Assembly: GCA_951406725.2 (NCBI GenBank) | Contig: OX597814.1 | Location: 9,114,001-9,178,000, forward strand | DNA from: Octopus vulgaris | Lineage: Eukaryota | Direction of reading: 5' to 3' | DNA length: 64,000 nucleotides | Shown here: one piece after another, positions 11,530 through 24,197 of the stretch | Layout of the letters: every line of letters starts with the position of its first letter | Position numbering within the stretch: the stretch's first letter is position 1 | Position numbers and translations under genes: made by a program | Notes under the pieces: model-generated | Told to the model about the DNA's origin: nothing | The model's input: only the letters and a program-made list of their open reading frames with translations | Database searches by the model: none

Positions 11530-13037
11530 ACTTTGATACTTTGATAGGTTTCGGCCATTATTGGCCCAGGCCATGTCTAACTTAATAGCACCACCTGGTG
11601 AAGTCTTTCAAGTCAGAATTTGGGCACTATGGCCCACTCAAGTAGAGAGTTATTGTTTACAGAGACATATCCGGGTGTAGGGGGTTTATCCGGGATTTCT
11701 TGAAGGAATATGTCCAAAGACTTCTTGAACCCTATAGGGTCAGTTTCTGTTTTAATGTGTTTTGGTGTAATATTAAAGAGAGCGGGGCCAATTGAGGTGA
11801 AATAATTGTGCCGTATTGTTGTTATGAGATGAGAGTGCGATTTTTGTTTTGGGCGGATGGCACGGGGCCCAAGCCTTGGATGTACCTTAAAGGTGATGCC
11901 AACATCATTTGGGCAATGCTGATGGAATATTTTCCACATCATGCAGATGATGTAGCGCTCACGACGACGTTGGAGAGAATAGAGTTTTAGCTTTTCTAGT
12001 CGACCCCAATAGTCGAGGCCTGTCATGCCATCTATCTTTTTTGTGATTGCCCTTTGAGGTGCTTCGACTTTTATGATACCTTGTATTGTGTGGGGAGACC
12101 ACAGTGGACAACAGTATTCAAGGTGGGGTCGGGCAAAAGTGGAGAAGAGAAGGATAATGGTGTGGATATCTCTCGACTGGAAAGTTCTGAGAATCCAGGA
12201 ACACATTCTGCGGGCCATGTCAACTTTGGTGTTTATATGAGTGGCCCAGCTTACGTTGTTGTCCACAATTACTCCCAAGTCTCTGATGTTGTTGGACGCC
12301 GCGAGAGATTCACCTGAAGGAAGGGAGTATGGGAGTTTCAGGGCATCCTCTTTTCCAAAGTGGATTAGCTCAAATTTATCCTCGTTCAGCAGCATATTGT
12401 TTTTTTCTGCCCATTGGATAACAGCCAGTAGATCTGACTGAAGGCATGTCCGGTCACTCGCCTCATTTATGACCTTCTGTAGCTTGGAGTCATCTGCAAA
12501 GATTTTTATGTTGCTGTGCTTGATGATGTCATTAATGTCATTAATGTAAATGATGAAAAGAAGTGGGCCCAGCACAGTGCCTTGCGGAACGCCACTACTG
12601 ACTTTGGCTGGGCTTGATTTTATCCCTTCAACTACAACATGTTGAGATCTGTCTGTCAGGAAACACTTAATCCATTTCAGTAACTTTCCAGAGACACCAA
12701 TGTTGGATAGTTTTTTCAATAGGATCTTGTGATCGACCCTGTCGAAGGCCTTACCGAAATCAAGGTAGATGACATCGGTGTTGGAGCCCTCTCCCAAAGC
12801 TCTCAAAATGTCCTCAAAGTGATGCAGGAGCTGCGTTAGGCAGTCCCTTCCATTACGGAACCCATGTTGGTTGGAGATCAGCCGTCTGTTGCTTTCTAGA
12901 AATTGGGTTATTTGAGATCTCACCACCCTCTCAAATACCTTGATGATATGAGAGGTGAGTGAGATCGGACGGTAATTCACTGCAAGGGACTTGTTTCCCT
13001 TTTTGAAAACTGGGACAACAGACTGGGACAGAAGGTT
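11530..13037 (-). mobile_element. CR1-group LINE (family B), 5'-truncated, RT ORF 11613-12980 open
   Basis: [51 protein letters not shown]; 3' tail ends (ATCAAAGT)2; TA tracts on both sides. Confidence 0.93.
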
Positions 13038-13047
13038 TTATAAATAA

Positions 13048-13947
<900 letters not shown>

Positions 13948-15063
13948 TTGATTTAATTTTGATTTTGATTTTTCCAGTTTCAGCTAATGAGCTGTGGCCA
14001 TGCTGGGGCACCGCCATTTGGTTTGCTACACGATTTTACCTCACGGATGGTTTTTAGCAAACGCCATCTGATGCATGAGAGAGTTCGATGCAGCTGCCCT
14101 CATCTGCACTTCCTGCCGTGAAGTTGGTTCATCCGGGACACCTGACAGGAAGAGATCCAGTCCTACTTTAAAGACGTCTGCATCTACACCATGCAGGTCC
14201 CTCAGGTTCTTCGGGAGGATATTGAAGAGCCGTGGGCCTCTGAAGCCCAGGCTATCACAATATCTTGTCCTACATCTTGATGGCAAATTTGGAGTCCTTG
14301 GTACTACGCAGTGGCGTCCGGTTCTGGCATTTGTGTGACTCTTGATGCCAAAGTCTGGGACAAGACCTTCCAGGATCTTCCAGATATATATTATGGCATA
14401 TCTTTCTCGCCTACGCTCTAGGGAATAGAGCTTTAATCTCTTGAGTCTTTCCCAGTAGCTCATATGCTGCACAGAGGCTATCTTCTTCGTGTAGCTACGT
14501 TGGATCGCCTCAAGTTCTGTGATCAACTTGACACTGGATGGTGACCATAGCTGAGAGCAATAGTCAAAGTGGCTTAGGACAAGTGTCTTCCAGAGGACCA
14601 TCATGGTTTCTTGTTCTCTTGTTCTAAAGGTTCTAAGAATCCAGCCAGCCAGCCGTCTACATTTCATTGTCAGTTTAGCAACATGTACATGAAAGGTCAC
14701 GTCATCACTCATGTGAATACCCAGGTCACGCACTGATTGTGCCTCTGGGATTGCAATCCCTCCGGGTCCAGTGTATTCATTGGGTATTGCATTCAGTTTT
14801 GCATGCTGATAGTATAAAGCTTGAAACTTTTCAGCATTGAACTGCATGCTATTCTTTTCAGCCCACTTGTATATTTCGTCCAGCTCACATTGCAAGTGCT
14901 TAGTGTCTTCAGGGTTCTGTATTGCCTGTGAAACTTTTGTATCATCTGCATAACTTGTGATCGTGGCTCTCTGCGTGGCTGAGGGCATGTCTGAGAGGGC
15001 CATTATGAACAGTAGTGGTCCCAAAACAGTGCCCTGCGGAACACCGCTCACTATTTGCGTGTA
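13948..15063 (-). mobile_element. CR1-group LINE (family A), 5'-truncated
   Basis: ORF 14041-15096 is near-identical to the copy at 26180-27200; conserved 3' tail. Confidence 0.93.
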
Positions 15064-15682
15064 ACTCTCAAACTTCACACCAATATGCGTGCTCATATGC
15101 GACGTAATATCACATCAGCAGCATTTCCTCACACCCTCATTGCACTTGGCGAAGGCAAAATACCAGAGGATGAAAATGGTAATATTGCCATCGATTCCAT
15201 TTGTACCATTGTTAAGACGCCTTCTGATCTCAGAGATGCAGTGTTCCAAGATCTACAAGCTAATTATCAGAATATGGATTGGATTGGCAAAAAGGCTATA
15301 CTGGCCCCAAGGAATAAAACTGTTCACCATATTAATGATGAAATGGTAAAACTCATTCCTGGGAAAGTCTGTGTATATCAGTCTATCGATACAACTCCTG
15401 ACCCAGAGGACGTCATCAACTATCCAATAGAGGTACTCAGTTCCTTTGAGCACCCCGGACTACCACCACACATTCTCAAACTTAAAGTTGGTGTCCCTAT
15501 AATGCTCATCAGAAATTTGGTTCCCCCAAAACAATGCAATGGCACACGTTTGATCATTAAGTCCTTATCTCCCAGCGTAAACTTATATCAATATTTGCCT
15601 GAATAATCATCATCATTCAGTGCAATCATTAACAGTACTTTCAAGTAATTCAGCCCCGAGCAACGCCGGGCAATTCTGCTAG
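15064..15682 (+). mobile_element. Helitron 3' fragment: Pif1-type helicase plus hairpin/CTAG terminus
   Basis: ORF 15055-15606 (AILAPRN, GLPPHILKLKVGVPIMLIRNL, CNGTRL); terminus CCCGAGCAACGCCGGG...CTAG|T. Confidence 0.92.
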
Positions 15683-16576
<894 letters not shown>

Positions 16577-16579
<3 letters not shown>

Positions 16580-19500
16580 TCAAAATATCTAAAGAAGAAT
16601 ACGCACAGATCATGAATGGCTAAAAGTTAAGTGAATCGTCCAACCTCGCTACGACTACCTTCTTTCTTGCACTTATTCTTATTCTTTCTCTATTCTTCAA
16701 TTTCCATCTCATTGTATTGTCCCTCATTCTTTCAGTATTCCCTCATTACCCTGTCTAGCTCAAACATTTTTTTCGTTTAGACTTGTCTACAGGTTCATAG
16801 CCACTCTGATTTTTCAATTTTTCGTTTAGTATTGTCTCCCGATTCATACAAACCCATTTGCTAGCTCATACGATTAACAGAACCTCTTTACTCAGCTACG
16901 GTGCACCCGCCCTCCCACCCCCACCACGCATGCCGGAAGTTCCTATTCTCTGCCATTCCGGGGTTGCTTCCCATGAAGACTGCAAATGCTCTCACCATCC
17001 CTACCCCTAGTCTCGACCTATGTAAGGTAATGTTCATACAGTGCAAAATATGAAAGGCTAGCGTTATGCAGGTTGTACTGAAGGCTACTTTACTACTTCA
17101 TTTCTTGCACATGAATTCTGCCAAATGCGAGCTTTCTTTTCAGGTACACGAAGCTACTGTCCACCGTCCCAGGGTCTCTAGAGCCCATGCCTCCCACACC
17201 CTCAGGGTTGGCACCCTCAACGTTGGCACTCTGAAAGGTAGGTCTGGTGAGATAGTCGAGATGCTTGAACGGAGATGTGTGGATATATGTTGCATGCAAG
17301 AAATAAGGTGGAGAGGAGGATCAGCTAGGTTCCTCACAGGCAAGGAACGCAGGTACAAGATTTTCTGGGCAGGGAACACTGACGGGGTTGGTGGCGTGGG
17401 TATACTTATCGCTGAGAAATGGGTAGATAAAGTAATTGAGGTAATCAGAGTATGTGACAGAATACTTAAGATTAGATTAGTGCTTCATCATAGTTTAGCA
17501 ACCATTATATCAGCCTATGCTCCTCAGTCGGGGCTACCCGATGGACAGAAAGACCGATTCTATGACACTCTACTGCAGACTACCTCGTTGACGAACGACA
17601 GAGACCTTATCTTTGTGGCTGGTGACTTCAATGGTCACGTTGGACGACATGCTGGGGGCTTCCATGGCGTACATGGAGGCTATGGCTATGGCTCCCGCAA
17701 AAAGGAGGGAACCAGGCTGCTGGAGTTCTGCGATGCAAATAATCTTATGATTTGCAACACTAAATTCAGGAAACCTACCAGCCACCTAGTCACTTACCAA
17801 TCGGGCCAACATACCAGCCAAATTGACTACATCCTTACAAGGCAAAGGGAGAGATGGCTGCTTATAAATGCCAAAACCTTCCCAGGTGAAGAATGTACCC
17901 CACAACATAGACTGGTAGTTAGTGACTTTAGGATCAGGACTAGGAGGACAACCAGAAGACGACAAATATGGAGAAGAAGGATCTGGAAGCTTAAAGATCC
18001 TGCAAATGGACAGAGATTTAGGGACATATTACTTGAAGCCTCCGACGAAGTAGAAGGGGATAGAGCATCACAGGGGGTAGAAGACAGCTGGACGTTTCTA
18101 AGGGACAACCTGCTGAGAGTCACTGACCAGATCTGTGGCTGGTGCAAAGTCCCCTCTCGACCTAGAATAACGTGGTGGTGGAACAATATTGTAGACAGGG
18201 CTATTAGAGAAAAGAGACAGGCTTGGAAGGTCTGGAAAAATGGGGGTAGCAGGGAATTGTATCAGACTGCCAAAAGAGAAGCTAGGAGACAGGTTTATTT
18301 AGCCAGAGGGGAAGCAGATAAGAAAAAATTTGCCAATGTTCTGCACCGTGAGGACCAAAGACTGGAGGTGTTTCGTGTTGCAAGACAGTGTGTGAGAGAG
18401 AATCGTGATGTGGTAGGAGAGAAGTGTGTTTGCATGGAAGATGGTTCACTTGCGCTAAATGAGGATGCAAAGAGAGAGGTTTGGAGATGCCACTATGAAA
18501 GGTTGCTGAATGAAGAAAATGAATGGGATAAAGAGAGTCTGCCGAATGTTGACCCAACAGAGGGACCAGCTATCCGAGTTGATAGTTCCGTGGTAGCTAA
18601 GGCAATTAGAAGCATGAAGACAGGGAAAGCCCCAGGCCCATCAGGAATCACTGCAGAGATGCTCAAAATGTCTGGTAGTGTCGGCTATAGCCTAGTCACC
18701 CGTATAGTTAATCAGGTGATACACAAAGGGGTCATTCCCAATGACTGGTGTAGCAGTATAATAGTCAACTGCTACAAAGGTAAAGGTGATGCCCTAGATA
18801 CAAATAACTACAGAGGTATCAAGCTGTTGGACCAGGTGATGAAGGTTACGGAGAGGGTCATAGCCCAACTAATTAGAGAGAGAGTTAGTTTAGATGAGAT
18901 GCAGTTTGGGTTTGTGCCAGGGAAAAGTACGACTGATGCTATATTCCTGGTAAGGCAGCTGCAGGAGAAATACCTAGCCAAAGATAAGCCCCTGTACCTG
19001 GCTTTTGTTGACATGGAGAAAGCCTTCGACAGGGTCCCCCGATCCCTTATCTGGTGGGCAATGAGGAAACTAGGGATAGATGAATGGTTAGTGAGAGCTG
19101 TGCGGGCCATGTATAGGGACGCCGCTAGTAGGGTGAGGGTTGGAAATGAGTACAGTGAAGAATTCCGGGTAGAGGTAGGAGTCCACCAAGGCTCAGTACT
19201 CAGCCCCCTCCTATTTATCATAGTCCTCCAGGCAATAACGGAGGAATTCAAGACAGGATGCCCCTGGGAGCTCCTCTATGCTGATGACCTCGCTCTAATT
19301 GCTGAGTCACTATCAGAACTGGAGGAGAAGTTTCAGGTGTGGAAACAAGGATTAGAATCGAAGGGCCTCAGAGTCAATCTAGCTAAAACCAAAGTCGTAA
19401 TCAGTAGGAAGGGAGATAAATCACAAACACCTTCAGGTAGATGGCCCTGCTCAATCTGTAGAAAAGGTGTAGGTAGAAACTCTATAAGATGCACCAAGTG

Positions 19501-20840
19501 TAAGCTATGGACACATAAGAGATGCAGCAATGTCAAAGGAAGGCTAACTAGGAAGATGGTTTTTGTATGTGGCAGATGCTCAGGAACAATAAACACTGAA
19601 AATGCTCTGAGACCAACTTCCGTCACTTTCCAGGGAGAAAAACTAGAAACAGTTGATAGTTTCCGTTACCTAGGTGACCAAGTCAGCAGCGGGGGCGGGT
19701 GTGCTGAAAGTGTAACTGCTAGAGTAAGAATAGCTTGGGCAAAGTTCAGAGAGCTCTTACCTCTGCTGGTGACAAAAGGCCTCTCGCACAGAGTGAAAGG
19801 CAGACTGTATGATGCGTGTGTACGAACAGCCATGCTACATGGCAGTGAAACATGGGCCGTGACTGCTGAGGATATGCGTAAGCTCGCTAGAAATGAAGCC
19901 AGTATGCTCCGATGGATGTGTAATGCCGGTACTCACACTCGGCAGAGTGTAAGTACCTTGAGAGAAAAGCTGGACCTAAGAAGCATCAGTTGTGGTGTGC
20001 AAGAGAGACGTTTGCGCTGGTATGGTCATGTGGCGAGAATGGATGAAGATAGTTGTGTGAAAAAGTGCCACACCCTAGCGGTTGAGGGAACCTGTGGAAG
20101 AGGCAGACCCAGGAAAACCTGGGACGAGGTGGTGAAGCACGACCTTCGAACTTTAGGTCTCACTGAGGAAATGACTAGAGACCGAGACCTCTGGAAGTGT
20201 GCTGTGCGCGAGAAGACCCGGCAGGACAAGTGAGTCCATAACCCGTGGCCTTCTACATGGGATGGAGCCAGCCTACGTATGCATACCTTCCCTTCTTGGG
20301 ACACAAAACTCTACTTGTGAAGACGTGTTGAGGCAAGTGAGGATCAGAATCGAAATCGATCAATGGAAATTGCGGATGTGCTACCAGTGCCGGTGGCATG
20401 TCGAAACTCTGCTTGTGAAGACCCGTTGAGGCAAGTGAGGATCAGAATCGAAATCGATCAATGGAAAGCGATCAATGGAAATTGCAGATGTGTTACCAGT
20501 GCCGGTGGCATGTAAGAGAACTTTCCGTTTCGCGACCGTTGCCAGCACCGCCCCGTTTCGTGTCCGTTGCCAGCCTCGCCTGGCCCTCGTGCCGGTGGCA
20601 CATAAAAAGCACCATCCGTTCGTGGCCGTTTGCCAGCTCTGTCTGGCACCAGTGCGGGTGGCACGTAAAAAGCACCCACTACACTCACGGAGTGGTTGGC
20701 GTTAGGAAGGGCATCCAGCCGTAGAAACACTGCCAGATTTGACTGGGCCTGATGAAGCCTTCTGGCTTCACAGACCCCAGTAGAACCGTCCAACCCATGC
20801 TAGCATGGAAAACGGACGCTAAACGATGATGATGATGATG
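16577..20840 (+). mobile_element. Apparently full-length RTE-clade LINE
   Basis: Leader of about 490 bp, single long ORF, 3' UTR of about 600 bp ending (GAT)n, TA tracts on both sides. The true 5' end cannot be confirmed without a second full copy. Confidence 0.92.
17066..20233 (+). CDS. RTE ORF: APE endonuclease plus reverse transcriptase with an inserted PHD finger (1055 aa, intact)
   Basis: EN motifs TLNV, QEIRW, SAYAPQ, GDFNGHVG, SQIDY, QHRLV; RT motifs [32 protein letters not shown]; RTE C-terminus RLRWYGHVARM, GRGRPRKTW. Confidence 0.95.
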   Translation: MQVVLKATLLLHFLHMNSAKCELSFQVHEATVHRPRVSRAHASHTLRVGTLNVGTLKGRSGEIVEMLERRCVDICCMQEIRWRGGSARFLTGKERRYKIFWAGNTDGVGGVGILIAEKWVDKVIEVIRVCDRILKIRLVLHHSLATIISAYAPQSGLPDGQKDRFYDTLLQTTSLTNDRDLIFVAGDFNGHVGRHAGGFHGVHGGYGYGSRKKEGTRLLEFCDANNLMICNTKFRKPTSHLVTYQSGQHTSQIDYILTRQRERWLLINAKTFPGEECTPQHRLVVSDFRIRTRRTTRRRQIWRRRIWKLKDPANGQRFRDILLEASDEVEGDRASQGVEDSWTFLRDNLLRVTDQICGWCKVPSRPRITWWWNNIVDRAIREKRQAWKVWKNGGSRELYQTAKREARRQVYLARGEADKKKFANVLHREDQRLEVFRVARQCVRENRDVVGEKCVCMEDGSLALNEDAKREVWRCHYERLLNEENEWDKESLPNVDPTEGPAIRVDSSVVAKAIRSMKTGKAPGPSGITAEMLKMSGSVGYSLVTRIVNQVIHKGVIPNDWCSSIIVNCYKGKGDALDTNNYRGIKLLDQVMKVTERVIAQLIRERVSLDEMQFGFVPGKSTTDAIFLVRQLQEKYLAKDKPLYLAFVDMEKAFDRVPRSLIWWAMRKLGIDEWLVRAVRAMYRDAASRVRVGNEYSEEFRVEVGVHQGSVLSPLLFIIVLQAITEEFKTGCPWELLYADDLALIAESLSELEEKFQVWKQGLESKGLRVNLAKTKVVISRKGDKSQTPSGRWPCSICRKGVGRNSIRCTKCKLWTHKRCSNVKGRLTRKMVFVCGRCSGTINTENALRPTSVTFQGEKLETVDSFRYLGDQVSSGGGCAESVTARVRIAWAKFRELLPLLVTKGLSHRVKGRLYDACVRTAMLHGSETWAVTAEDMRKLARNEASMLRWMCNAGTHTRQSVSTLREKLDLRSISCGVQERRLRWYGHVARMDEDSCVKKCHTLAVEGTCGRGRPRKTWDEVVKHDLRTLGLTEEMTRDRDLWKCAVREKTRQDK

Positions 20841-20862
20841 ATATATATATGTATATGTATAT

Positions 20863-20916
<54 letters not shown>

Positions 20917-20947
20917 GTATATATATATATATGTATATATATATGTA

Positions 20948-20992
<45 letters not shown>

Positions 20993-21025
20993 GTATATAT
21001 ATATGTATATATATATATATATATA

Positions 21026-21670
21026 AGTAAGGAAAATTTTTTTAAAAATGCAGAATGCTCAAATGAAAGAAAATTTTAATAAAATGAGAAATTGATAAAA
21101 TATATAAATATATATTTATTCAACCGGTTTTCGTCATTGTATGACTTGTCAAGAATATTTATGTTTTAAAAAGTTTTTTTTAAAAATTAGAAAGGGGAAA
21201 AAAAGAAAATTGCATTGTTTTTGTAAAAGAATAATGATAAAAATGTACAAAAATTAAAAAATAAGTTCTCTGATACATTGTGAGTTCGTTGTGTATCTTG
21301 AGTTTTATGGTTGTTCACGAAAAAATTACCTTGAGGTGTTAAGATCCAAAGGGATTAAGAGCATGTGTTGTGTTGTTTAATTCAGCATGTTTGCAGGACA
21401 GGAAGTAGTAGTAATTGTGGTTCTGGTTCTTCAGTTCCTGTGTTGTGAGTAAGGGGAGACAACTCTTTTGAGTTCTTCAATAAAACCCAAATTATAAAAT
21501 TATCATTTTAGCTTCATTTGCGTTATCTTTATATTTGCGTTGATAATTTTATAATTATAATTTTATAAGAGATATATCTCTTTTTATAAAAGGCAGATTT
21601 TATCTGCCTCCCTTTGGGAGTTATACAAATCTACAATATAGGATTTCTTCAATTAAAATTTACCTAGCAT
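21026..21670 (-). mobile_element. Decayed Penelope-like 3' end
   Basis: Minus-strand remnants resemble the GIY-YIG C-terminal region (LLKNSKEL...SCKH), followed by a hammerhead-like motif and AATAAA. Confidence 0.5.
21117..21157 (-). ncRNA. Candidate minimal hammerhead with a U3-A8 core
   Basis: Minus strand: TATTC TTGACAA GTCAT-ACA-ATGAC GAAA ACCGGT T GAATA. Confidence 0.5.
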
Positions 21671-21989
21671 TTTTGAGAGTACAATGCATCGCGTCATGCC
21701 AGGTCCAGTTTTTAAAATTTAAACTCCAATTAAGCAAAATTTACAGAAAACTCACATTCTGGTGTGTGTGTCAAATGCTTTTCTTAGTCTGGTTTACACC
21801 ACATGCAAACGCACACACACAGTGGGCAACGAATAAAATGAAAGTAAATAGTGACAGAGTGATTTGAGGAAGACTAAAGTGAAAGTATTCTGTCTATGAC
21901 GCTGATAGATACATGAGTAAAATGTATGGGAAGCTAAGAGCTAAGAGTGAGTGAAAATGTTCTTGGAAGAGAGTAATTAGTAATAAAGT

Positions 21990-22300
21990 AAACATACACT
22001 CATACATATATACATACATACATACATACATACATACATACACATACACACACACATCTACACACACACACACATCTACACACACACATACATACATACA
22101 CACATACATACATACATACATATACATACATACATACATATACATACATACACACACACATACACACACACACAGTATTGAAGCTTGAGAACAATCAGAT
22201 ACATTTGCAACACATCTGTTGAAAATATTATTGTTCACACACATACATATACATATATACATACAGACAGAGAGACAGATAGACACACACACACACACAC
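21990..22300. repeat. (CATA)n/(CA)n microsatellites
   Basis: Directly visible, with a short unique spacer. Confidence 0.85.
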
Positions 22301-22349
22301 ATGATCCAGCATGGCCACAACCTCAAAGCTGAAACATATAAAAGAATAA

Positions 22350-22720
22350 CAGAATATAAATGTGTGCAAAGTACAAGAAATATTAATGCAGTATATGAGG
22401 ATTGGACAATAAGCGTAAGGCAGTGTCAATGGTGGTTCCAGAAATCCCGAGCCATAAACTACAGCCTAGAAGACGAGCCTCATCCTGAAAGATCTGTAGA
22501 ACTCGACAAGGACATCCTGAAAACCCTGGTGGAACAAAATATCATCGTAACTGTTGAGGAACTAGCAGAGAAGCTTGGATTTGGTCATTCAACCATTCAT
22601 TGACACCTGTGTGCTATCGGAAAAGTCAGCAAATTGGGTCAATGGGTTCTTCACGAACTTTCCGAGTCTAATTGCATGCAGAGAGTGAATGTATGCTTTT
22701 CTTTGCTGTCACATCTCACC
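22350..22720 (+). mobile_element. Mariner transposase N-terminal fragment
   Basis: ISVRQCQWWFQK..LEDEPHPERS..TVEELAEKLGFGHSTIH*..KLGQWVLHEL (HTH region and WVPHEL-like linker). Confidence 0.85.
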
Positions 22721-22738
22721 ACTACTGCGCTATGTATA

Positions 22739-24197
<1,459 letters not shown>

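Noticed and set aside
16577-17065. HDV-like ribozyme in the RTE leader
   Set aside because: Known in some RTEs, but I could not build the nested double pseudoknot by eye; it needs a descriptor search.
17093-19626. Recurrent antisense ORFs over the RTE copies
   Set aside because: Short shadows of the sense ORF, repeated only because the elements are homologous.
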